DNA from: Callorhinchus milii
Taxonomy: Eukaryota
Direction of reading: 5' to 3'
Length of the DNA stretch: 64,000 bases
NCBI RefSeq assembly: GCF_018977255.1
Contig: NW_024704743.1
Span: forward strand, 9,240,001 to 9,304,000
Positions 38,788-51,532 of this stretch are shown in pieces. Position 1 is the stretch's first letter; each line of letters starts with the position of its first letter. Under the pieces are notes generated by a model. It searched no databases and was not told where the DNA came from. It worked only from the letters and a program-made list of their open reading frames with translations. Position numbers and translations under genes: made by a program.

Positions 38788-40404
38788 GTATAGAATTCTA
38801 CAGAACAGAAGGAGGCCATTCAGCCTATCGTGCTTTTTGAAAGAGCTTCCTATTAGTCACACTCCCCGTTCTTTCCCCATAGCTTTGCAAATTTTTTCTT
38901 TTCAAGTAAATAACCAACTGTCTTTTGAAAGTTATTTTTGAATCTGCTTCCAACTCCCTCAAGCAGTGAAATTAACCTTGACAAAGGATCTGGAGTTACA
39001 TCACACAGACTCACAGAAGCTCCTTCTCTGGAGTTGGATTTCCTCAGATCGGGGTGACATACCTCCGATAACTGAGAACGAACACTTACTCGGAATATTA
39101 CTGTTTTACTTCATCAAGGAATTCTAAATGAAATTGCTGCATTTTGCACCTCAACACTTCAGTAATATTGTAGGCATTTGCCTACACAGTTCCCAATCAC
39201 TGCACTTTACAGTAAGATCCTGTGCAGCACTTTAAAATGATCCTCCTGATGTGACAGGTGTTGTACCAAATGGAAAGATTATTTATGATTATTACATCAA
39301 TGATTTTATAATAATAATCCTTGCATTTGATATGGCACTTATGTTGTTGAGATATCTCAAACTGCTCCACAGGATATACTGTAAAGTGAATTGACTATAT
39401 ATTTTGTGGGCGAAAATATATTTAAAAATATATAACATATTACATACGTGTTTATTTCCATCGACAATCTTGTGTTTGTTGTACTATTGCTGGAGGCACT
39501 ACCATGCCTGATTGATGAGTGGGAGAAGATGGAGAAAGCCTCAATTTCATCTCCATGTTCCTAAAATCAATTTAGTATATCTATACATTTTATTGAAAGT
39601 GGACGTATAAATTACTAAACTGATAAGAATCTTATCCAAAAGGCCAAGGGGTTTTGTACAATTTTGAGACAAACCCATAGCTTAGTTAGTGCCTCTACAT
39701 GTCTGGGCACATTGAAGGTCAAAAACTGTTCAAGCAAAAATGCAATCAACAATCAGTACTGTAAACAGCACCCATAGAAGAACCCATTGACAACTGGAGT
39801 TAGACAAAGTGCACAGCAACATATATTTTCGAGCTGGACATTACAAATGTACTTGAGGTACAAAATAACTATTTTCTACCTGCTCTCAACCTGCTTTATT
39901 ACCCACTTGGTTTCATTGGGCCTATTATTGTCCCCAAATACTCTCCCCTTGTAGAATTTATGCTTCTAAAAGTGTCACCGTAAGTTTGCAGTACCAATTT
40001 ACGAGCTTGTGTCTTATTTTGTTGCTTTGTCACACCACTTTACAGTATATCCTGTAAGGAGCTTTGAAACATCTAGATGACATGATAAGGCATAACTATT
40101 TTTGCTACTATTATTATCTTCACAGAGCTGACTAGGGTGGGGGAGCTGAGGAAGATGTGGGGGCTGGCGGGAGAGGAAAGGTGACCCAAAAGAGCAGTCC
40201 AAAGGGAGAATCTTAATGTGGATGTTAAACTGTGTGGAGGAAAGAGATAAAGTTCCAGAGGGTGGAGGTAGAATGGCAGGTGTTTGCTGAGCGGAGGGAG
40301 TGGCCAGTGTGGTACAATACAATATAAATTTACACTGATTAGCACCTTTCATGTTTGGAGGTCATCAAGGCACATAAGGACGCTTGGTAGGAGTGCAGGA
40401 AGTC

Positions 40405-41302
40405 ACATAACATAACATGTAGGAGCAGGAGTGGGCCATTCGGCCCTTCGAGCCTACCCCGCCATTCAATCATGGCTGATCTTCTAATCTAACTCCAGCT
40501 AATAACCTAACCCTGCCTTATCCCCATATCCCTTAATCCCTTTTGCAATAAAAAATCTATCTACCTCAGTCTTGAATATGTTCAAGGACTGAGCGTCAAC
40601 AGCTCTTTGGGGTAGTGAGTTCCATACATTCACCACCCCTTGAGTGAAGAAGTTCTTCCTCAACTCAGTGCAAAAGGGCTGGCCTCTGATATTAAGGTTG
40701 TGACCCCTGGTTTTAGTTTCTCCAACCAGGGGAAACAATCTCCCATTATCTACTCTATCATGCCCTTTGATGATCTTGTAGGTTTCAATAAGATCCCCTC
40801 TAATTCTCCTATATTCTAGAGAAAAGAGGCCCAAATTGGTCAGCCTATCCTCGTAACTCATCCCCTTCATCCCTGGTGCTAACCTAGTAAATCTACGCTG
40901 CACCCCCTCCAAGGCAAGTACATCCTTCCTTAAATAAGGAGACCAAAACTGCACATGGTATTCCAGGTGTGGTCTCACCAGGGCCCTATACAGTTGCAGC
41001 AAGACTTCCCTACTCTTATACTCTAATCCTTTCATAATGAATGCTAACATACCGTTCGCCTTCCTAATTGCAGCTGCACCTGTAGACTACCTTTCTGTGA
41101 TTGGTGTACAAGGACACTCAAGTCCCTCTGGACGCTAACACATTCCAATCTCTCCCCTTCTAAAAAATAACCCGCTCTACTGTTTTTGCTACTGAGGTGG
41201 ATGAATTTGCACTTCCCAACATTATAGTTCATCTGCCACCTACCTGCCCAATCACCTAACCTATCTATGTCTCGTTGCATTTTTTTAATGTCGTCCTCAC
41301 AG
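40405..41302 (-). mobile_element. CR1 LINE 3' fragment
   Basis: ORF 40499..41050 has LYRALVRPHLEY.VQFWSP, LEGVQRRFTR, RGDLIETYKI, TRGH and WNSLP. Confidence 0.94.
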
Positions 41303-41613
41303 AAGTAGGGCGAGGTGAGAAGGGATTTGAACAGAGTTGAAATACAGAGAAAAGTGCAGCACGTAAAATAGAAAGAACTTGTTCATTTGTAAGATTCTTC
41401 TATTTTAACACTGTAAACCACTTCTGAAAAACAACACTGCCCAGCAAAAAACATATCACTGGTTACATCCTTTAATTTCCAAATAGGGTATTGAGGGTTC
41501 AATTGGTCCTAGCAATTTTACAACATTTAGCACTAGTATTTCCTTGAAAGCATTTCAAAGTAATATGATAAAAACAGCATTACCACTATGCATGAGCAGT
41601 ATTATTATTTTAC

Positions 41614-41996
41614 CTTTCTTCAGCTGAATGTTGAGTTTCTTCCCTACTTTTTTGGTGTTGTAGCCAGTGGGCGGTGCAGCGCTCAACCTTTGGGGGATCA
41701 GATTCTGACCTGTAGGCGGTTTTGACACTGAGTTCAGATTGTGAGGTAGATGAGAGTAGGAAGCAGTCTGATCTGTCTCATTGCTCATTCTAGACAGCCT
41801 CTGTGGCGTGTCATCAAAACGTGCATTTACAGTGCTCTTGCCATCAGTGTGCTGGGCATCTGCATTGTTCCGACTGGAATAAAAGGCATTTTTATTGCCG
41901 GGAGATACTTGTTCGTACTGTTCTTTATTTGCTGCGGGGACCACATGGAACCAGATGACAGGTGAACGCATGGCTTGACGAAACATATGTTGTGCT
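41614..41996 (-). CDS. pard3: Par-3 exon, 383 nt (about exon 9), end of PDZ1, linker and start of PDZ2: AQHMFRQAMRSPVIWFHVVPAANKEQYEQ...GYNTKKVGKKLNIQLKKG
   Basis: Lies within ORF 41555..42013. Acceptor aattctag|A GCA, donor AAA G|gtaaaa. Phase 2 to 1. Confidence 0.96.
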
Positions 41997-42698
41997 CTAG
42001 AATTAGGATACAAGGGAAATTAACAAATTAAAGCTGTCAGTCCAAAAGGCATCATTAACATAATTATGATCATTAATTATGTATTGTGGAAGACTTTTTT
42101 TTAGAAACATGTAAATGTTGCAACCGCATAAATATAACCTGGGTAGAAATAGCAATTATGTCATTGTCTATCATTTAATGTTATTGTTACATATTGAGAG
42201 ATGAACTTTTATTTAATGGTTAATGCTTTAAAGTGAATGCATTAAAAAAAATTACAAAGCAAAGTGTCTTTTAACAAGGACTGTATTTTAAAAAAGAAAA
42301 ATAGAGTCTTTTATTGAACTCCAGTGCGACAGGAACATTCCTTACTGTAATACAATCCTTTCATTTGATATAGCTTCTTCAAGAAATTTCAAAGCATTTC
42401 ACAGAATATACCGTAAAGTGAATTGACTGTATATTTTGTGGGCTGTAGCCTTACACTGAAGTGTACCCAGAGCATTAAACCCTGGAGTTTAAAAGCAAAT
42501 CCTCGCCCACAATTGCAAAACATAAATCGCAAAAGTGGCTGTAGTCGTGCTCAGGGTAGTTTCTTAATTGAATAAAAAGCTGAATATTCTGACAAATAGT
42601 CCCCACTGGCTGCATAGTCCCCCACCCCAAAAAAACCCACAACTTTTAAAGAGAATCAAACAATTTCAGGCACCAGGTTTGCAACTGTCGCATTTTCA

Positions 42699-42887
<189 letters not shown>

Positions 42888-44594
42888 TCAAATAACATTT
42901 TGTACATACACAGATACATACATACAACACACTGGAATGCCGATGTGAAATAGTCTCCCCTCCTTTGCTAATACTTTCAAATATCTTTGTCAGATAAAAC
43001 AATTTCATCACTCATAGTGCAATGCTGAAACCTTCACGTGTACAAATTCATTACATTAGCGAATACTTCTTTAACCCGTGTTTTTTGGGGTCAGCCAGGT
43101 ATGACACATCCAAAATCCATCACTGTGCTTGAGAATATTCAAACTAGACAGGTTCCACATATGCCATCTACATATGGAAATTTTGCTGAAAAATGGATAG
43201 CTCGCCATTGAAAACTGCCAAACCAGCTTCTTGCTGCTTGTACAGCAAGAATCACCCAAACAATTAGGGTTGGCTTACAGGGAGGTTAGTGGGAAGAATC
43301 CCTGCTCCCACAGATTCTTCCCAACCAGTTGCTGTTAAGTCGAATTTCGAAGCCTGATCTGTCATCAGCTTTGTCCTGGAGTAATGCAGACCTGCCTAGC
43401 TCAGGTAATGAGTCCATTACAGAATCCGACTCAATTCCTTCGTTCCACTGACAAGCTAGGTCAGCTCCAAGGAGAACCTGCTTACTGCCACCCCGTCCCC
43501 CCCTTCAAGGAGAAGACAATTCACCTTCATAGCCATCTGCTTTACAACTACAGTATTTACAACCTGTTTCACCAAAGTGGTAAAATGGCAAAACATTCAT
43601 GGCAAATGTTCTCAAACTGGATTCTTTGTCTCTGTAAACTCTCATGAAGCCTTATGACCAGTGTATCAGGAACAAAATACAAGTAAAATGCAGTTCTTCA
43701 CCCCAAAGTGGTGAGGTGTTTGAGCTGCTGTGAGCACCGCACAAAGTGTGATGCAATGAAGCACTCTTTATTTACACTTACAATTATTTTAAAGATTGTC
43801 ACTTTCTTGCACAAATACAGTTACAATAGGGAACATTTACAATGGTGAAAAGTGGCATTCCCAGTTTATTCGACTGTAAGGAACACCATCATCACCAACT
43901 GTGGACTTCCATTCTTTCTCCTTATTCTGCCTCTTGGATTCAGACGACTTTAAATGCAGAAAAGTCAAAAACAGATGTCAAATCTGGTACTACATAGAAT
44001 TGTATAACTTGGAAAAAGACCATTTGGCTCAACCGGTCTGTCCCAGTGTTTACAATCCACAAAAGCCTCAACCCTCCTCTTCCTCTATCCTACCTCCGCT
44101 ATTTCCTTCTCCCTCATGTATGCAGCCAATTTTTTCTTAAATTAATTGATGCTGTTTGCTTCAACCACAGCTTCCAACAGTGAGATCCACATTCTCACCA
44201 GACTGCCCAGACCTGAAACCAGTTTATAATTATGTGAATTAGGAAAATAGAAAAACAGGAACAAGGGAGGCCTTTCAGCCGATTAAGCCTGTACTTCCAG
44301 TTGATTAGATGTTGCGGGAAGTTTTCATCCCAATTCCCACCTTTTCACCATATCCTTTAAATACCTCTGCTCCCAAAATATCTGTCTTTCTCTCTCTATT
44401 AAACATCCTCATTGTTTCTACCACTGTAGCTTTTTGGGCAGATCATCACAACACTCTGTGGGAAGAATTTATTCCTCATCTCAACTCTAACCATCTTAAA
44501 CCTGCGTTTCTTGTAATGGATCCCTCTATAAAATCCCTGTCCACCCTATCACTTTGGATAAGTGAAGCATTCTTGTCAAATGTGAAGGATGGAT

Positions 44595-44920
44595 ATAATT
44601 CAAATATCACTTTCAAATCCCTGCAGTCTCGGCCCATCTCTGTGATCTCCTCCAATCCTGCATCCTCCGCTCTGTCCGCTCCACCAATGGCATCTGATCT
44701 TATAGCCCTTCTACCCCCACTCTCTGGATCTCCATATCCGAGTCCCTCCGACTTACCCCCTCCCTCCCCATTTTCAAAGCCCGCTTCAAGATGTACTGCT
44801 TTTGAACATCTTTCCTCTTTATCTCTCTCCCAGCAACCCCCACCCCCCGCCAAGAAGTGCTATGTAAAGTGCTTTGAGACTCCCGCCTGACGTGAAAGGA
44901 GTTCTGTAAATGTAAATTGG
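44595..44920 (+). mobile_element. L2 LINE 3' fragment, old
   Basis: ttcaaatccctgcagtctcggcccatc...ctctggatctcc...ttcaaagcccgcttcaagatg, then the tail. Confidence 0.7.
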
Positions 44921-47555
44921 ATTGTATCATTTGGAGACTCCAGTGAAAAATATGTGTTTCAGCATCTAGTACAATTGTTTAAAAGCAGGAAAACACACCA
45001 GCCAGAGTTAGAGCTCAATTAGAGTAAATGACTACGTATTTTCTATAAGTAACCAGCTAAACACATAAATTTAAGTCTTAACAAATCTTGCAAATTATCC
45101 CTACTGATGGGACTTAGCGTTGGGCAATGTAAAAGTCTTTTATGGGCATTCTGAATTGCCTAAGTGGCTAAAAGTTGGTTCCTAAAACTGTGAGGCAAAT
45201 AATTTATTACCTATACCCAAAGTGAAATGACTCGAGTCTATCCTCATAAATAGTGACACGGGTAAACAGTGCAAACAGGACGAAAGCAGAGCAGTGAATG
45301 ATTGCGCCTGGTGAATGAAACTTGCTGGAAAAGCTTCTCACAGCTGGACAAAACAGTGTCTTTGTGCACAAATGCCAGCTCTAACCACCTAAACACCTTG
45401 CGACCATTAATTTAAGCTGTCAAGTAAGATTTACAGCATGTAGCTTCAGCAGCAGAGTAAGAGGGGAACTTGCTCTAAAGTGCTCAGACCTGACACAAAC
45501 AGGCAGTAAAGAACGTATTTAACTGGAAGCTCAGCAACACCTGCTCTAACTTGCTGTGTATCAAGTTCAATAACATGGCTGAAGGTGAACTGAAACAGAT
45601 TAGATGGGTTTGTTTTAAAATTAAATAGAAGCAATATTTTATATTAATTTATATTAATATTGAAACAGGAATAATCCAAGTGCAATCTTTGAATCAGGTT
45701 ACAGTGGGAAAAAATGCCCAGATCTTTTTGAAAGTATTATTTTAAGGAGTGCAACCCACACAGAAAAGGAAGAGACAGCTTTCAAAGAGAGAGGGGAATA
45801 AAGCACGGTTCAAAAAAGAGTGGCAGAGATTTCAGCACTTAATGCAGATGATTACAAATTGCACTCATTTTCTTCTGCTCCCTTTTGCATTGTTAGTTCT
45901 TGAAGATTAAAAGTTTTGTAAATGGTTGTATTTTCTTAACAAAAACATCTTGCGCAATGTTGCCTTAACAAGGCGTTCAGAATAGTATCTATCGATTACT
46001 TCAATTACTTGAAATTCATTGAACCCATGAACTTGCATATTAAACTTATCACCGTGTCCAGAGCAGGATAATTACATAGACAAACGACTTGTTTTTTTCC
46101 CATTCTGCTCAGAGACCCCCTCGGGTTCCTTGTTGTATTTTATCAGCTGTTGGAAAAGGCGTGCTGGATGACTCTACTGACCTTTCGAAGTTGCAAACCC
46201 AATGATGTGGCACAACCTCATTCAAATATTCAATACTTCTATTATATTCAACTCAAGCATCTTGAGACACCCATGCATTGTCAGCAGGCTGTGACATACA
46301 TTCGGGTACTAAATGTATCTCAAGCTCCCCTCAGCACAACTAGAAATGAATTACTCTGCAGGTGTCCAACATTTGAATACAAATAATACCTGCATTTCAT
46401 TAACTACTGAAAATAAAATGCACGGGCACTAAACCTGTTCTGCTCGGTCACACCAAGATACAACCATGGCCAATCTTTTACAAATTGAAAAACTCATCAG
46501 CCAAATCCGCTTCAATTATAGCACCCTGGCGTAGAAGATGAGATTCACTTGCTGTCTGATCCCAGCAGCTCGAGGTTTGTCATCTCAGAATTTTCGAAAA
46601 ATATTATCCATTTCAAAAGAAGATTATTCGGTTCAATGTAATCTTTGTAAAGAGAATGCTGTTTCATGAAAGGCGATCCATAAGGGTGTGCCATTCTCCA
46701 GTGGTGTAAGTAACACTGTCACCTATTCTGATAATGCATTTGCAAAATTACACCGAGAGCTGAGCTGTCTTGCTGCTGTTTGGACCTGTAAGTGCAACAT
46801 TGAAGATGCTTTCCACCACCGAAATGCCAGAAAGGTTCTGATATTATGCAGCCATTTGATGAGTTTTGTAAGTAACCTCCCAATTCTGCAAATCTCACAC
46901 ATTATCAAGGAAATCATTCACTATCAGAAATTGCTTCCATTTTTTCTCACGAATGCAAAGCTCAAACCTAATACAGATACACAGATTGCTTTATCACACG
47001 GACTGAGTGAAAAGATGCTTTTGTGGTATCTGTTCTTATACCTCGCCATATCTAGGCAGACTATTACAAATTAGTTGAAGCTGAATTATTGTACGCTCTT
47101 GAAAATCCCCAAAGAGAGAAAGATATACACACACACAAACAACAAATAAGTTTTTAAAACTAGAATAAAATATGAATTAATGTGTGTACAATATTTAAAT
47201 CTGCAATACCTGCATCATTTCTAAACATTATCTACATTGGGTTTAATGAAATATATTATCTTGCGGTTAAAAAATATGTAACTTAAAGATGAGGTGTCGA
47301 ATATCTTTCTTTTAAGAGATCTCGTGAATATTAACTCAGAATCTTTGTTTCAGAAACTCAAAATGTCAAAAAACTTCATACCATTTCAGAAGAATTAACT
47401 AAGTGTGGTTATTAGAATGAAACTCCCACAAATTCTTCAAAAGTTTGATTTTGAGCATGTAAAAATATATGAGGAATTGCAGATTTAAATGAGATTTAAA
47501 TAATAGAAAATCAAAATGATGGAACTGAGACAAACATGCAAAACACAGTACTTTA

Positions 47556-47759
<204 letters not shown>

Positions 47760-47949
47760 TTAGTCTGGAAACATGAGAAAAAGTCAATCACAAAAAATTA
47801 ATGAAACTTAAAGATGAAAACATACAGGACATGTCTAGTTCAGATTCCCTTCTTGTGCTAGAATAGATGTTGCGTTGAAGACTTATCATTAAGCGACAGG
47901 CTCTGCCACTGCCTCTCCCATCAGGCCACTGCCTCTCCCGTCCGGTCCC

Positions 47950-48494
47950 TCCCACCCCCTCAAGCCACCCCCCCACCCCGAGACCTTCATCCACGCATTC
48001 ATTACACCTAGGCTGGACTACGCCAACTCCCTGTCAGCCTTCCCAACTCTTCCCTCCACAGGCTACAGATCATTCAGAACTCTGCAACTCAGGTCCTGTC
48101 CCACACCAGGCTTCATGACCGCTCCATTAGCTCCCCATTCTCCAGAGGATTGTTCAAATCCTTGTTCTCGCCTTCAAAGCCCTCCACAGCTTTGCTCCTT
48201 CCTACCTACGTGAGCATCTAACGCCATATCAATCCGTCCACTCCCTCCGCTCAGCAGCCTCGGGCCGGCTCCACGTCCTCAACCCGACCTGCCCACCATC
48301 AGCAGTCGGACCTTCAGCCCCTCTTCTCCCACCCTCTGGAACTCTATCTTGCAGTCCCTTCGGCGATCCCAAATCCCTATCCACCCTCCCCGATCCCAAA
48401 CCCCTGCTCGAATCCCAATCCCTGACTGTCCAGCACCTTGGGACATCCTCCCGACGTGAAAAGCGCTATACAAGTGTAATTTGTTGTTGTTGTT
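47950..48494 (+). mobile_element. L2 LINE 3' fragment, degenerate
   Basis: catccacgcattcattacacctaggctggactacgccaactcc...gacgtgaaaagcgctatacaagtgtaattt(gtt)n. Confidence 0.88.
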
Positions 48495-48974
48495 TACAAT
48501 AAATCCTGTAATGTGCTTTGAGACATTTCAGCAACGTGATAAGGAAGAATGATTATTATATATGATTGAGACAGATTGTAAACCTTTAATTGAGACTTGG
48601 TTAATAAGGCTAGTCCCTTTTTGGGGAAAACCATCCTCGGAATCAATTGATTTCCAATATATTTAAATTGTTTACAAAGGATTTGCTTGGAGGCTGTTCT
48701 GATAAAAGCTTCCTCATTTTCAAAGTGTCATAATAGGTTTCAAAGCTACACAGTTCATTGGAAGCCATTCAAATACTATACAGTACCCAGAAAATAAAGG
48801 AATGATAATACTGTAGGGACTTCAATCACCAATTCATCATTTCCATAACAACAAACCAGTGAGAATGAGTACATGAAGAGATTCTGACTGCGATGAGAGT
48901 TGCCCACCTGAAGCAATTCCACAACCCCAGACTAAAGGTCAGTTCTAGCTACGAGGAGTAATAGTGAATTTGAC

Positions 48975-49200
48975 TGCCCATCTGGACAGCCATCTGACTC
49001 GCTTCCTGCACCCTGACTGTTCCCATAATGAAAGCAAAATGGCCGAATTTGAGTCATAAGATCACCACCAATGTCACTTCTTGCCTGCTGTGCAAGTACA
49101 AAGCAGGAAGTGACATTGTCGACCACCTAATGACCTGGAATCTGGCATTTTTTTTGGAATACAGGAGGTTAAAATGGCAGCAAAGCAGGATGTGGCATTG
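48975..49200. repeat. Palindromic element (related copies at about 35835-35902 and 62382-62492)
   Basis: aaaatggccgaatt...caatgtcacttcttgc / gcaggaagtgacattg...aatctggcatttt. Confidence 0.75.
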
Positions 49201-49443
49201 GCAGTGACCGAAGAACATCAGTCATTTTAGCTCAAAGACTGGGCTCCAGCCGGAGTGTGGGAAGCACACATAGGTCATAAGTGAATGTAGACCATAGTGC
49301 AACCACTTTATAAGCATATTTGTGCTATAAACTAACATGTTATAATGGGATGACACTGTACATTGCAATTATAAGCTAACCCTTGAGGATATTTTGTGTA
49401 AAACGCATGCGAGATCACAAACATGTTACAAGCATAAACGTAC

Positions 49444-49535
49444 CCCAGCGAAAAATTCTGTCCATGTTCAAGACAAGAATCAGCGCGCCCAATTGGTTCT
49501 ATCCTGTTGCTCTCTTCCTCAGCCGCATCATCTTC
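49444..49535 (-). CDS. pard3: Par-3 exon, 92 nt (about human exon 6): EDDAAEEESNRIEPIGRADSCLEHGQNFSLG
   Basis: Acceptor ttgctgcag|GAA, donor CTG GG|gtacgt. Resembles human [30 protein letters not shown]. Phase 0 to 2. Confidence 0.92.
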
Positions 49536-50265
49536 CTGCAGCAACAAAAGAGAAACACATTCCATTTACAACTACAGACACTACGCAACAAGCACAGCAG
49601 CAATGCATCAAGCAAAGGATTCTGTCCAATGCCCACAGAGTTCTTGTGGTTAGTGTACGTAAGAGGTCGTCATGCTGTTTTCTAAATAATGTTAAGTATC
49701 AGCCTGGTTTCATTTGTAGCGTAATTTTCGCTGAGTCTTAAGGTTGTGAGTTGAAGCCCACAGTGGGACTTGAGCTCATAGTCTATACTGACAATCTAGC
49801 AAAGAACTGAGGCAGCTGTGCTGGCCAACAAGACCCCAGATTAATTGGTTATTCATCTTATTTGAAATCTTTTGTGGGATCTTGCTGCACACAAAATGGC
49901 TATGTTTGTCTGTAAAAACAGTCAGTAAAACAGTAATTTACAAAATTTACTTAAGATGTTCTTTGAGATGTTTTAATGTGATAAAAATAAAATAAAAATG
50001 GTTTCCTTTTTCTTTATACCCACCATGTCAAATTTCCACTATAATGCAACAGGCAATAATTCTACTGAATTTTTCTCTTAAATCCTTCTGCAACCGCATA
50101 TGAAAACTTGTCAAATTCAATGAAAACCCTACAATAAATATTCAACTCTTCAACATTACTAAGAAGATCCCAGTGACCTTCCCAGTGTGTAGTGTTCCCA
50201 GCAACTTCTGTTTTTGTTTCAGATTTCCACCATCTGCAGTAATTTGCGTTTTGTTTACCATGAAG

Positions 50266-50620
50266 GTGTCAGCCTGGCTCAGCTGGAAGCACTACTGCCT
50301 TTAAGTCAGAAGGTTGTGGGTTCAAGTCCCACGTCGGAACTTCGAATTTACAGTGAAGGCTGACACTCCACTGTAGTGTTGGGGGTGCTCTGCATCGGTC
50401 AGAAGTGCCGTCCTTCAGATGAGACACTAAATAGAGGTCCCATCATCTGTTCAGGAGGATGTCAAAGATCCCATGACACAATCCGAAAAGAGAAGGGAGT
50501 TTCTCACAGTGACATGGCCAACAATCCCCCAAATAAAATTGGTCATTCAATTCATGTGAATAATTCCTGTGGAGCGTTGCGAAAAGTCCTCTTGATGTAA
50601 AAAAAAGGGCTATATCATAA
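50266..50620 (+). mobile_element. Older DeuSINE copy
   Basis: tgtcagcctggctcagctggaagcac...gtcagaaggttgtgggttcaagtccc head, then gatgagacactaaatagaggtccc...aaagatcccatgaca body. Confidence 0.85.
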
Positions 50621-51127
50621 GCAACAAATATTATGATGTTACTGAAGTGACCCAGCAGGAAAGGAGAGGCAAAACTTCACAAAATAGCCAAAATGTTCTC
50701 CAAAACATTTTCTGCAAAACTTAAACTTCTGGGATACAATGAAGGAGCACGTCAGACAACAAGTACTCCCCTTACACTTCACATCACCCTGAAGTGAGAA
50801 TAGGAAACATTCCTAGGATGTTTTTTTTGCCAGCAATATCCATCACAACCAAAACAACAGATCACTGTTCACTCATGATCACATCCCTCACTAATACCCC
50901 ACAGCTGCTTTTCCAATATAACTTCAATAATAGCAACATGGAATTCTGGTTAGGAATTTAATCAGAAGTCTGTCTGACTCCACTCCCTCTGTGCCAATGG
51001 AAACATCACAATACACAGTTTAGACCCAACATTTGAATGCCGAGTGGGGGAATTTCAATCAACTTAAACATTAAAGAATGAACCAACCCAAAACGAACCT
51101 AATTATTTCAGATGGATTGAGCATCAG

Positions 51128-51532
51128 TCTCTTGCTTCTGAGTCAGAAGGTTGTGGGATCAAGCCCCATGTCAGGACTTTGGACTCATATTATCCAGGCT
51201 GACGCTCCAGTCCAGTGCTGGCGGAGCACTGCATTGTTGGATTTGCTGCCCTTCGCATGAGGTATAAACTAAGGTGCCGACTGCCTGTTCAGGTGGATGT
51301 TAAGGATCCCACAGTACTATTCAAAAAATGAGTTTCTCCCGGTATCCTGATCAACAATCCCCCAGACAAAAAATGGGCATTCACTTCATGGATGATTGTG
51401 GGACACTGTGAGGCTACCACATTTGGCTACAAAATACACAATCACTACATTTTACAGTAAAATCCTGTATAGCACATTGAGACATCCTCTCAACGTGAAA
51501 GGCACTATATCAATATAAGTATCAATATTATA
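51128..51532 (+). mobile_element. Older DeuSINE copy
   Basis: ctgagtcagaaggttgtgggatcaagccc head, Deu-type body, tail aacgtgaaaggcactatatcaa. Confidence 0.85.

Noticed and set aside
43272..43341. Hairpin tgggaagaatc-N12-gattcttccca
   Set aside because: Only an 11-bp perfect stem with poor extension; probably a decayed MITE centre and too weak to call an RNA gene.
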